A DNA stretch of 64,000 bases from Chrysomallon squamiferum (taxonomy: Eukaryota > Animalia > Mollusca): contig CM022671.1 of NCBI GenBank assembly GCA_012295275.1, positions 18,786,001 to 18,850,000 on the forward strand, read 5' to 3'. Position 1 is the first letter of the stretch; every line of letters begins with the position of its first letter. Below the pieces are notes generated by a model. The model had not been told where the DNA came from and ran no database searches. It was given only the letters and a program-made list of their open reading frames with translations. Below are positions 42,327 through 56,918 of the stretch, one piece after another. Position numbers and translations under genes: made by a program.

Positions 42327-44223
42327 TGCTGTTGTTGTTGTCGTTAAATAATTGTTCCATAATTTTTTTTATCTTTATAAACTCATTAATCAACGATAGC
42401 AACAACAACAACAACAAAATCGTACCAAAAAAAAATCAACAAAACCTCCTAGATTAGAATGAAAAATAAATAAATAAATAAATAAATAAATAAAAATAAA
42501 AACTATCTAAAATTATGGAAAAAAAATACAACAGAACCTCTTTAATAAAAATGAAGAAAAAAAAACCGATAAGACTAAATTTTATATACTTACATACTAG
42601 ATCAGCCGAAAATAATTACTTGTTGGCAGTTGCCCAATAATATCACGTTATTGTTCTTCCCAGACGACGTTCTCTCAGTTGTAACTTCCACACCGTAATA
42701 AACTGTAGCATTTTTCAAAACCATACAGTCGTGTTTTCAGAACATATCCTCCAAGCCTTTTTCTTTCTTGTAAATAATATCACGTGATGGGTGGATAGTA
42801 CCCCGAACTGTAGAGTCTTCTCAGATATAAAATATCTCCGTGGTAACACGACTATGTATAATGAATATTACTTCTTTGGTCGTCGCTTCGATCCACGGAG
42901 TGTGATTGGCCAAGTTTGGATTTACTCGCTTTTTGTCGAGGAACGCCGCGTTTATGTGGCTTGATCAACAAGTCTGGCGACGCACGGCATAGACCTGGAA
43001 ATAGATCGGCCTACATTTTTCTGAATAGCCCTAAAGAAAGAAATGAATAATGGCCGTATCTTTATCAGAAACAGTTTGTTCTTTAACGACGAACTTCATT
43101 ATTAATCTGTCGTTGCCAGCAGAGCGGTAATCTCAGTAACGCTGCGGATTAGGAAGGTTCTGGTGGGGGGCGCATGTATGTACGTGGTGCATGTGTGTGC
43201 GTGTGTGTGTGTGTGTTTTGTCCTTCACAGTCACCATGAGTGATCTTTGCTGCAGATGGTAATAATGATAATAATAACAACAACAACAACAACAATAATA
43301 ATTATAATTATAAAAAAATTAGTATTATTATATAGACACTAGTAAAAGTAACAGAGATAGAGAGGCAGCAGTGCGGTAGGAAGAAAAGGAGATATTGTTA
43401 CAGCACTAGTGGTTCTAACAGCAGTAGTGCCAGTAACAGCAATGGTAGTAGTAGTGGTTGTAGTACTAGTAGTAATAATAATATCAGTACTGTCAGTTCC
43501 AAGAACTCTTCAAAGGGTGAGTAAATGAATCCAGAAACCCCCTCCAAATACGTCGTCGAAATTACGTGTTATAGTAACATTAGCCAGCAGATCTATCACA
43601 GATCTTGCAATCGGCAGACTTAATCAGAGATATTTCGTCACTAAGGAGTAATTATATGTGGACAGCTCTCAGCAGTTTTCTGAAGTGAAAAATGATATAT
43701 GTTCTTAGGGTGTTTCGTTTCTCAAGACTTAACGTGTGTTTTATTTGGTTATCTTCATTAAAGAAAGAAAAAGAAAGAAAAGTTCGACGTATTAAAAGAG
43801 CTGTGAGTGGAATGAAATGGAGCTATTCTACGTCAGATTCTTCATATATGTTTCAGCTGAAAACAATATTTAAAATTTCTCGAAAAATCAAGCGAAAATT
43901 CTAGAAAATATTAATGCGTTACCGAGCGAGATATTTTATTATTACATTTTTTAAAAATATATATTTTATATTTTCTGCAAATTATCTTTTACTACAAATG
44001 TGACTCAAATATTGTCTCTACTGTTCTCTACAATTTATAAGCAAGAAATTTAGTTTTTCTTTATCATATCCATGAATTTTCTTGTATGACTTTTATGGGT
44101 TTTTTTTTACTTTAATCTATTTTCTCTGTTCAGTTTTTATATTTTTTCATTTCTGTTTCTTCTGCATGTAACAACTGCTCCAACGTGATAACCTTTGTGG
44201 TTCTTTTGCTATTTCTGATCAAT

Positions 44224-44259
<36 letters not shown>

Positions 44260-44356
44260 TTTAAAAGTGTAGATAACGTATATCAGTGAAGTAGAATTGA
44301 AACAGTTATGAAACAGATGTTAGGCTTCGAATAAATAATCAGATTCATAGGTTTAA

Positions 44357-44461
<105 letters not shown>

Positions 44462-44784
44462 TAGCATTTGCACAATATACAATTATTTTTCTGAACATAG
44501 GCAATCACCTACTCAGAATATATATCTTGCTAAACAACAATTTTTTACTACTGAAATGAGTCTCTTAGGTTTAACATTTACAGTCCTGCTTTGATTGCAG
44601 TTAATGTAATTTTATTTGAAAATAAGGTTAGATTCATCTATTTTATTTTGGTACATCCCACGCTGAAACATATACTATTTTTTCATCATTATTATATTGC
44701 TACAGAATACGGAAGAAGCTAAAATAATGGCATTGATTCAATATTGTGTTCCCAGAAAGAAGTAGCTCGTAAAAAGATCCTAAG

Positions 44785-44904
44785 CAAAATTCAAATAAAC
44801 AGAAAAACAGTTTATAGCACATTGTCATTCTTTGTAGTCATATATTCAGGTTTTAAAAACAAACAAAACATTTGATCATTTAGGTCACGTAAGTTTCGCT
44901 CAAA
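44785..44904. repeat. ~120-bp dispersed direct repeat, copy 2
   Basis: CAAAATTCAAATAAACAGAAAAACAG...GTTTCGCTCAAA, near-identical to 40147-40267. Confidence 0.9.
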
Positions 44905-44963
44905 TAGTATGTCTCTTTTCTATCGTTTTTTAATGATTTTATGAAAAAAATAGTTTTACTATG

Positions 44964-45053
<90 letters not shown>

Positions 45054-46580
45054 CAAAACAATAATCAGTTGCACCACATCATTGTTTCGAATTCTGCATA
45101 GCCACAATTACTGTTACTATTTCTATTATATCCTATATCACTATTACAGCAATAACACAAAAATACTAGCAACACAGCAACATCAGTAACAACACTAATA
45201 CTATCAGAAACAGTAGTAATAAGCATCATTATAATCATCTTCATAATAATTAACATTAAAATACCAATTTTAATAACTACTACTCCTGCTGCTATTGCTA
45301 ATATTACTGCAACTTCTACTACTACTACAGCTACTGGTACTACTACTACTACTACTACTACTACTACATTACTATAGAATGATGCAACAGAAATGTATTG
45401 CTTTCTAATTACAGAAGGGACATAACTCATCATGTAAATAGTTAAGTAAACAAGTCCAAAAAATGAGCAATTATCTTTCCTTCCTTCCTAACCTCTCACC
45501 AGACTTCAGGTACTGATATCATATCCAGTTGTCATCTATAACTGACGTATTTAATGCCTGACTATATCAGTATATTAATAATTTAACTGAGTGATAAAGT
45601 AAGATTTCGCCCTAATCTGAAGTAATAATAATGATGATGATGATAATAGTAGCAGTAGCAGTAGTAGTAGTAACAGTAGTAATAACAACAACAACAACAT
45701 CAATAACATCGAATTGATTTTTGTTAATGCATATAAATTAACCGGCTTTAAAGTCCTGTTATTTAAAAAAAAAATAATAATAATAAATGGCTGTAGAAAA
45801 CTAAAGAAAATAGAACAACTTTAAAATAACTTAAACTTTATTGTAAACAGCAAGAATCTATAAAAGGTTTAAAACAACTAAAAAAAAAAAAAAGGAATAA
45901 AGCCTCCCTTTTATATCTATATTTAAGAGCACACGTGCTCGTGTTAGCACATGATGATAGCACTGTACAATGGGCAATACTTATCACACCCACACACCTG
46001 TTGATGGAGACTAATCAACACAGTACATGTATGACTTTGAATGCGTATGCCATCCCAAATTCTGAGCAACGCAAAAAAAATAAATGTCTTTCCCTTCCTT
46101 AATAAAGGATTCTCTTACCACCCCTGCACGTGAGCACGTACCCAAACACAGCAACACCTGTTGAAAAAAACTAATAATAATAATACTGCGCTATTGTTAT
46201 ACGAGGGTTAGTAAGTAAATGCAAGATTATTTTACTATACAAGTATACAAATAGATAATTTTATTGCTACGTTGTTATTGTCATGCAGTGTCAACTTTAT
46301 AGAAAAGTATTAGCCCAAAACCAAGATATCATGTTTACGGATACATTGAAATTGTATCTTTAGAATGTTTGCCTGTAATTACCTCCCTTGTATCGGACGA
46401 GTCCTTGTTTAACGGGTTTCCGCGAAAAGAAGATTTCTGAGAAAAATAAATTAACTCTTCTCTGAAGAAATAAAACCTTTCCAGGTACGTAAAACGAAAG
46501 GCAAAATAAACACACACACACACACACACACAAATAATAAAACAAAGATTCTAACTGAATTAACCATTAGGTGTGTGTAT

Positions 46581-46611
<31 letters not shown>

Positions 46612-46675
46612 TACTTTATGTAATTAGGCTAGAAATATAATTGTTTCAACATTTCTATTCTATAATAAACATACG

Positions 46676-46708
<33 letters not shown>

Positions 46709-47114
46709 TTATAAATGTAAATACTGATATCAGACTAATAAACAAATATGAGATAACTTTAATAATTTTATATACGTTTTGTAGTAATGATAACATTTGT
46801 GATAACGGTAATAAACGTAATAATATTAACAACGTTTTCCGTGTCATGACATTAAGGAACTTCAGAAACTTTATTTTCGCCAATATGATTGGATACTTTT
46901 GATCCACTCGTAAGTGTTATCTATACGTATGTGTTGTGCTCACAAATAAAACAGGCTTGTCTGATTAATATTTACATATTCACAGCTGTTGTAAGTTGAA
47001 ATAGTCTCGAACTGCAATAAAAAAAACACTTCAAAATCAAACAAGAACAACAACCATAATCACAACCGCCATAGCAAAAAACGCCAAAACAACAACAATT
47101 ATTATTATTATTAT

Positions 47115-47167
<53 letters not shown>

Positions 47168-47457
47168 TTTGACTGTCTATCCTGTTTATCAAAGATAAAC
47201 TTAATTCAAACAGGATTAACGCATAGAAATCTTAAAGAATTTCGAAAATTTGTTTCAATGCCTAACATTGAATATTTTCACCAATCCTTTATGATCATTG
47301 ATGATATCCGCGTCTGTTTTCTGCGTTTAAAGAAAAAGGCTGTTTTTGTTTAGTTTTTTAAAAAACTGTTCATTGACATTTTCTATTGATAAAATCGCAT
47401 AAATAATAAAACAAACAAAAATTATTATTACTATTTAATAACAACAATAACTACAGT

Positions 47458-47490
<33 letters not shown>

Positions 47491-47631
47491 TAATGATTAA
47501 ATAAATAAATAATAAAACTCAACCAATGGCATATGAACACGGCTTATTTGTTAATACTCTAACTTACAAAATTAATGTTAAAAAAAAATTAAAAAAATAA
47601 AATATGTAAATCAATGCAACTTATTACTATG

Positions 47632-47679
<48 letters not shown>

Positions 47680-48706
47680 GTTGTTGTTGTTGTTGTTATT
47701 ATGAGAGAAAGAGAAACAGATGACGCAAATACAAAATATTTATTTCGTGCAACATCCTTAATAAAGGTATGGGCGTTAGACATTTTCACAGACTTTCCTT
47801 TCGTTTGTGCATCTAGGTGTTTTCATTTACCTTGATAAAAGATTTAAATGAGTGAGTTTTGAGTACACATCCTTCTTCTTATCTGACCAAGTATTTTTAT
47901 TTTTTTTTATCTTAGTATAGTACACCTAATTATTTATTACCATGGAATGTGGTAGGCACCATGCATTTCAGTGCGTTACATTAATTTTATATTTACATTC
48001 TTTTGACTTTTTTTCATATCAGTAAAAGTATCTGTGAAACTATCGTACTAAAAAATAAATAAATAAATAAATAAAAACTGAAGATGAAGATTTGCAAATT
48101 AGCAGTATTTTTATACATTCACACTTATGTTCTAACATGCATGCACGAACATTTTGCAATATAGCTTTAAACGCACTCAGAAACAGAATATATATTTACA
48201 TATATACAGAGACACAAATACATATACGCACGAAAAAAAAAAAACAAAACACATTTAAACACACATAAAAAAAGACATTTTTGAAACGATAAATCCGTTG
48301 GTGAAATTATAACTTTTGTGTCTCCAAAAATACATTTCTTTCTTAGTGTAGACCACTGATGTGAAATTTTACCGGAGAAATGTTCATTCTTTCTTTTCAA
48401 ATTTTTTGTTTTGTTTTATTTCTGTTTGGATTTTGATCATATTCATATATATTAATAGTGTGCATTTCTTTGAACTGATTATCCTTCTTTTCAGTTGTGT
48501 CTTATTTGTCGTGCTGGTACACTTTTCCATAAAAACGTAGAACACTTGCTGATTCTGCTTTTGATTTTTATTGTTATTGTTCTGTTTAGTTTTATTTATT
48601 TATTTATTTTAAGACACGACCTTCATTCATATGACATATTGATTTCATAGACCGCAGCCTATAAATTCAAGTGAAAAAAATATTTTATTATTTATTTATT
48701 TATCTA

Positions 48707-48760
<54 letters not shown>

Positions 48761-48773
48761 CATCATCATTATT

Positions 48774-48805
<32 letters not shown>

Positions 48806-48909
48806 TTGCTGTTGTTGTTTATTTGTTTTTGTGGTTTTTTACTATACGTTGAATGTTATTTATCTTCCAGTACTCTGTGATGTTTTAAAAAAAAAAATTA
48901 ATTAATTAA

Positions 48910-49038
<129 letters not shown>

Positions 49039-49491
49039 TAATTAATTAATTAATTAATTAATAAAAAACAACAAAAAGGAACATTGCCTCTAAATATGAC
49101 TGGTTAATTCATAGAACATTAACATTTTATTTTGTGAATGATTAACCGACACATATATTTTTAAAATCTCATTCATTTTGCACTCAGACATCATTTTCAT
49201 TCACAAACATTCACACATACTGTATTTTGTAATGACATGATTAAGAGAGCAAGTTTATTATTAAAAGCCTGTAAACGATTTTAAATATATCAGTCATTCA
49301 CCAAACTTAAAGTAAAATAAAATAAATTAGAAAACAATAAAATATTTAATATAATATCTTGTTTTCTCTCCTGTGCCCATTCTATTAATGTTTGGTCTGT
49401 ACGACTAAAATGATTGTTAAACAACCTAAATAATTTATGTGAAATTTAGCATAGAAAAATATGTGTATACGTGATAATACGCACATCTAGG

Positions 49492-49528
<37 letters not shown>

Positions 49529-49831
49529 GAGTGGGGTGTATGTAAAATATCTGTTTTCCTAATAAAACATCCTTTTTAGTTGTGTATCCTTTTAAAGCGA
49601 TGTGAAAACACGCTGATATGGTATCTACGTGTAAACATGTACAAATAATTTGATGAATATATTGATAATTATATTTATTTTATCACCAATATTTTTTAAG
49701 TATTTCCTTATCATAATGAATTAAACACTTACATTTATTTGCTTGTACATTGTCATGTGTGACGATAAGCTCAGAGTATCGCACTTCCTCGTTTGATGGG
49801 TTACATGAGAGAGCGAGACAGACAGACAGAC

Positions 49832-49872
<41 letters not shown>

Positions 49873-49991
49873 GAGAGAGAGAGAGGAAAGGAGGAAGACA
49901 GACAAAGTCAAAAGCATATAGAAAGAGCGAGGAAGAGACAGAAAAAGAGAGAGAGAAAGAAAGACGGAACGAAATGAAAAGATATAGACAG

Positions 49992-50046
<55 letters not shown>

Positions 50047-50765
50047 GATTTATTTCTTATATATATATATAAAACTTAATAAATCAATTAGAATGATTAT
50101 TTTGCTTTCCAATCATTTGTAATTATCAGTACTGTTAGAACTGTCGTGATAATGTTAAGATGTAGCTTTCTTATTTATAGACACAATTAGAAAAGGACAT
50201 TACAGCCAGATACGCAGTATTCACAAATAACTTTTAGGAATAGCCCGAAGCCAGAAGACATAAATTTCTTACAGTAATTTCTCCCATTCGCGTTTCCGCA
50301 AGCAACCAATGAGCGATGGCCATTACGCCTCAGAACCTACGTGACGTCTGCTTTCAGTTATTTATTTTTATGTTCAGTTTACGATAGCGCCTGTCGGTAC
50401 TAGTACCCACCTCTGACGTGTTTTAACATTATTGTTTACCCGTATACATTACATTCATAAATATTAACAAAAACTGGTCGAGGCAGGAAACTGTCTCGTT
50501 TCAACTTTTTAAATTTATTTTTATAAAACGAAACATATCTGTGTGTATTTTAAGAACATATATGGATAATGATGACGACGATGATGATAATGATGATAAC
50601 GATAATAACGACATTAATAATACTAAATTTGTTTTCGAAGAGAAAAACATAAAGAATGGAAGATTACTGGAATTAAGATATTAATTTACTACATTACCTA
50701 AAAACTACATTGTTGTAAGTGACATATATTAAGATACATCCGAACGATTTTATACAAGCCGAAGT

Positions 50766-50875
<110 letters not shown>

Positions 50876-52275
50876 CACACATACACAAATATATGTCAAG
50901 ACATATCCAAACGTCTGAGACGACAGGCAGATTCACAGGCAGACAAAAATATATTAAGCTATGTTTGAATAACGAAGAGCAAGAAACAAAGAAATAACAC
51001 AACAGACGGACAAGATATATTAAGATATATCCGGACGAGGAAGAGATGTATAAAAAAAAAAAAAAAAAAAAAAAATAGCTGATTCTGAAGTACGACATGT
51101 GACAGGGGAGAACATTTCAATCAGAAACTACGACTACAAGGAAGTGAACAGAAAAATCCGACAGATAGTATTGATTTCTTTGTCATCATGCGGAAAATGA
51201 AACTTGCATTTGTACATACACGGACAAGTATATTACACATAATGAGACAACATATGTAATCAATAGTTATCAAAAAATACATATAGGTAGTTCTGATATC
51301 AATAAATAGATCGCTGAGTGTTTTAATACTGATCTTGCTGATAGTTATAAATAACGTTGACTTATAATCAAGAAATACAATATTAAAAATACATTTGTTT
51401 TCATAAAGTAAAAAGCAGAAAGGTGTGCGCACATGTTTGTGTGTGTGCGGTGTGTAAATGCATATATACATATATTGTTTCTTAAATTTCACACAGACAC
51501 ACACTAGTTGTAAGAGTTTGATCATTTTAATTCAAGATATTAAATATTTCACTTTTTTTATTTTTTTATTTTTATTTTTTTAAACTGACTAATATTTATT
51601 ATATTATGTACACCTTTATAATAAAATAGTGGAAATAAAAAAAAGTAAATACTATTACAACTACTACTACTGTTACTACTACAAATAATAATGATGATGA
51701 TGATGATGATGATGATGATAAAAAGAAGAAAAATAATAACGATAATCTGCATATAATACAGAAATGAAGTTAATCTTTTTGTCCCTAGAACATAACGCAC
51801 ACTGTAATTGCCAACCGAAGCATTGCTTGCAAGCGTAAATGAAGCGTAGCAAGAAGGAAATCCGTAAGTTAATAGCTGTTACCTTTGAACAAGGAAGCTA
51901 AAAAACTCCAACGCAGTTTGTACTTCGCATTCGAACAACTGTATTTTTGTGATCCGCGAAAAGTTTCGATATGTATGATAAACAGGAAAAATCAATACAA
52001 AACAAAAAACCCCAAAAAAAACACAAAAAAATAAGAGATTTATGCAGGGTTCTGCACGTACCTGGTATGTTTGTAATTCTGGTTTCTACAATTGGGTTTT
52101 GGTTTGGGTTAAACATATTATTAAATATGTATTTGTGTGTATGAAAATGTATACATGCACATGCATATTTGCTTATTCACAAATTCACATACAAATACAA
52201 ACACAAGAACACACACAAACCAATATATATAAACATACATAAATATACATCGACACACATACGTACATAAGGAGT

Positions 52276-52650
52276 TACATACATGACAACTATCTAGCTC
52301 CTCAAAATCAGTGATATATACTACATACATGTAGGCCATAAACATGTTCCTAAATACTGACAATTAAAAAGAGAGAGAAAACATAATATATGTGTGTATG
52401 TCTCTGTGTGTGTACGTGTGTATATATGTGTGTGTGTGTGTGTGCATGATTGTTTCTTGTATATGAACGTGTGTATATACAGATATAATGATAAATAGAC
52501 CCATACAGACATGCACATACATACATGCACACACACATACATACGAACGTACATACATGACAACTATCTGGCTCCTCAAAATCATAGATTTATACTATGA
52601 ACGCTATAAGCATATTCCTATGTACTGACATTTGAAAAAAGAGAGCGAAA
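52276..52650. repeat. Diverged local duplication (~100-bp unique part, ~274-bp spacing)
   Basis: TACATACATGACAACTATCTRGCTCCTCAAAATCA at 52276 and 52550. Confidence 0.8.
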
Positions 52651-52886
52651 TTAATAATGCTTGAATTAAACATACATTATAAAGGTATACATGACACTAC
52701 ACAAATAAATTTCTATATTTTCGTTTATAGAACAAAAATATAGCTTTTTGGGACGGAACTGTATTTACTTCAATAAATTACTTATTTACACAATTTCACA
52801 CACTCATATATGTAGTTGAAAGTTATTTCTTTAGTGTTTAATTGCTAGAAAATAGTTTTCATATATTATATATGTGTGTGTGTTTA

Positions 52887-52938
<52 letters not shown>

Positions 52939-53401
52939 TGCATAAATGTATACATAATAAATATAAATCTCATTTACCTATATCATCTACAAAATTGTAT
53001 ACACAAAAGAAATTAAGAGATTAGCGGAAGATAGGAAAGAGGAAGCATCAATTCGACTAAGCAGTTTAAGGAACTTAATACTGACGCTCTCTTCGAGTAA
53101 ATCCAAATACAAAACATAAAAAAAAAATTATTAAATAAATAAATAAATAATAGAGAATGAAAATGGTCTTGAAGAAAAAATTTAAAATATAAAAACGTTT
53201 TTTTAATTATTACTATCATAATAGATATTTCTTTCACATTATCCCTAAATTATAGGACACAGCAATAACAACACGGACGCATACCCCTAAAGAATAAATG
53301 GTTTTGTCTGTTAACAAACACTAATGGTGACAAATCACTTTTTTAATACCTAATGCACAATAGGTACACCTACTATTCTGACCAGTCAGATCCGGCAATT
53401 T

Positions 53402-53440
53402 GATTGGTTGACGTCAGCCAATCGTTGATAGTTATAAATA
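53402..53440 (+). promoter_or_regulatory. Core promoter of the ankyrin gene: inverted CCAAT - CRE - CCAAT and TATA box
   Basis: GATTGG 53402-07, TGACGTCA 53409-16, CCAATC 53418-23, TATAAATA 53433-40; ATG at 53478. Confidence 0.8.
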
Positions 53441-53477
53441 CGTCAAAACGGCACGCGCTGTAAACAACATTGACAGA

Positions 53478-53737
53478 ATGGCGAAACCGCTGATAGAAGC
53501 CATACAGAAAGGCGATGCTCAACAAGCGAAGAAGATACTACAGTCTAAAAACTATACGTGCATAGACAGTCAGACATCCAAACGAAATGGCACGGCTTTG
53601 TTTTGGGCTTCGTGTCGCGGATTAGTAGAAACTGCTCAGATTCTCATCGCACACAACGCTAACGTTAACTCCACCACGGCCTGGGGTTCCACTCCTCTGC
53701 ACGCAGCGGCAGATTCTAACAACTGTCAAATTATAAA
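53478..53737 (+). CDS. Ankyrin gene exon 1
   Basis: AGAATGG Kozak context; ANK motifs; donor AA|GTAAGT. Confidence 0.92.
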
Positions 53738-53876
53738 GTAAGTTTATCTTTCTTTTTTTCCTTTTCTTTTTCTCTCCCGCCGCATTGTTTGATATCTCTG
53801 TTTAATTTTATTTATTTATTTTATTTGTTATTTTTATACTTTTTAAAATTCTAATTAACGATAACAACTATAGCCT

Positions 53877-53934
<58 letters not shown>

Positions 53935-54225
53935 TTATATACACACACATATATACACATACACGTGCGTATACCCATAAAACCCACATAAACATATAAA
54001 TACGTACGTATGTACTATAACCACAAATATATATAAACGTGAACACAAAAACAGCAAATAAGGAAAAAAACACACACATAAAAAATATACCAAATATTAC
54101 TTGGTAAGACAGCGATGACGCTTAAACATTTAATATCTCTGGATTGGACTTTACCATCCTATTAACGCCAGGTATAACAGTTATGAATGTAAACCATATT
54201 TCTTAGTAACTGAATTACACATTTA

Positions 54226-54265
<40 letters not shown>

Positions 54266-54271
54266 GTTATT

Positions 54272-54313
<42 letters not shown>

Positions 54314-56884
54314 AATATAAGTAGTAGTAGTAGTGCATAACAAAAATATTGTTTGAAGAGAGTATTTATATACTAGTTTGGTCTCTATATTACCGTTTAA
54401 AAATTAATAAGAATGTGTCTTATGTCATAATGTATATAAACGTTTCATTCGGAACTGGGTTTGAACATCTAACACTGATTAATTTCTTAACTGTTTAGCG
54501 TTATATGTGTATTCTGTTTGCGAACACACTTCGTGTGTGTGTGTGTGTGTGTGTGTAAAAGACAGAATTTCATTTATTATAAAGAATTAAGATAATAATA
54601 AATAATAAAATGAGAGATTACTTATTTATACTTATATATATATGCTTACCTAGACATACAAGAGACAGATGACAGATATATTTTGTAATAAAACACAAAT
54701 GTGGAGTACTGGATTCACCTGCTTTAGAATGTTCATGTATGAGTCCTAGTTGTATCCAATTCACTTTTCAACATCTGCCCACTTGAGGGGTATGGCTTAG
54801 TGATGAAACCTACAAATAATGCGTCTAGGGTGGGCCAAGGGCATTGATCATATTCGAACTTGGGCGTGCATACCTTAAATATGTTTCCATAGTAGATTAT
54901 TTTCTTATTTGCTGTTTTTGTGTTGACGTTTATCTTTTACTGTTGTCAAGAAAGGGGCGGCTGATTATGAAATGATATTTTTGAGATACACTGCTGTGAT
55001 GACTGTGTGCTGTTTGGTCGACACCCTTCACACCCACATTATGAATAAGCAGTGACATCAATACGTATCGCAGACAAAGAGTTTGAATGGCGGCGAGGTT
55101 AATTCGTTATCTATTTGTTTTCACTTATACTGCGTCAGCACATTCATTATGATAAACAGCCACTGACGAGAGTAGCGTCAGAGCAGTGACGTGGGTTTAT
55201 GAACTGGTTACCTCGTTTTCATTCATCTTGAGGAATGTTTAGTGTGTTGATTTTGTAGTCCGAGGCTATGCATGAGTTCTTTCTATCTGACGTATGATGT
55301 TTTCACCTCGTTATTCTGCATATCGCTTTTAAATGCTTTAAGAAAACAAAAGCAATAACAACAATAAACAAACAAAGAAGCAAACAAATACGAAAAAAGA
55401 AACTAAGAAAAATGAAAAGAAGCAAACAAACATTTACAGCACTAATATATTTACAGTCGTTACAAATAATATTTTATGGGTTTTTTAATTTTTATTCCAG
55501 ACTTCTTTTAAAACATGGAGCCAAAGTTAATAGTCAAACACAGAATGGAGACACGCCCTGCCATCTAGCTGCCTACAGGGGGCATGCACAGGCCGTGCAG
55601 CTGTTGGTGGAAGATGGTGCTGATGTTGGAATCCCTAACAATCGACATCGTCTCCCGGTGCACGAAGCCCTTCAACAGTCCCATTCAGAAGTGGCGGACT
55701 ACCTACAGGCAGTCTCACTATTGGGTGAGGTAACTCTTCAAAAACAAACTACTATAGTATGTGTGTGTGTGTGTGCGCGTTTGTACTGGTGTGTGAGAAA
55801 GGGGGTAACAAAGGTGAAAGAGAGAGGAAGAGAGACAAACAAAAAGAAAGGTCAGAGAGATAGACAAAGACAGGGTGGAAGGTAGAATAGATTTTAAAAT
55901 AACTATTTAAATTTTAATTATTTTGTTAACGATCAGTTTATTTTCTACCATTGGATAAAGCAAAGAGATAGGGGAGGGAATAGAACAGAGAAGGGAGTAT
56001 ATTACCATTTGGAAAATATCTTTATTTATTGGAGGGACGGTCCTAGGGGCGGAGTTATTAATCTGCTGTTTACTTACTTTAGTAAATATTTCCATACATT
56101 AACCTACTTCTCAAGGCTGATACAATCCAGGAAGCTTCTCTCTGTCAAGTACTGTGTTGCAAATATAGTCATATACACCAATAGCATGCGAGAAGCAAGC
56201 TAGTAAACCCGGAAGAAACGCTGAGAAAAGAAATGTATATTAACGCAGGCAATATTTATTGATTTACAAGAGGGAGCTGTTGACGAGAACTAAAGCCGGT
56301 CATCGCTGTGTTTTCAGTGATTAAAACTGTCAGATCAGAGAAATAAAAGCAAGCAATTCACTACACACTTGACGCTGAAATATGAGTTAAAGTAATGGAA
56401 TGTTCAATCAAAAAAAAAAAAAAAAAAAATCGAGCATACGTAAATATTACTGAACCAGTCAAACAGTTGCAAGGAAACTGATAGGTTAGGGGCGGAGGGG
56501 GTGGGGTAAAAAGGAGATACATATGATAGTGTAAGATGAATGGAAACTAAAATGCATGAAACAAAACGAAGAGTAAAAGAGAATATTAATGTTTGGATGA
56601 AAGAAAGGGATGTGCACAAAGAATGAATGAATGTAAGGATGGAAGTAAAGAAAATATTTACGAAGTGGTTAGATAAAAATTAAATATATATGCATAGGCG
56701 AGATGAAAGGGCACATATAAGCACGGATAGTGTGAAATGAAACGTGCATGCAGAATGTGTCTAAATTATTATTAGGATATCAAAATAGTTAACAGTTGTT
56801 TATCAGATTCATATAACCACCTGTCCTACCTACTATGTGTATTTTTTTCTGTTATATATATATATATAACAGAAAAAAATACAT

Positions 56885-56918
<34 letters not shown>

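Noticed and set aside
42593-43030. NUMT explanation for the TGA-only frame
   Set aside because: The translation is hydrophilic and unlike any mitochondrially encoded protein.
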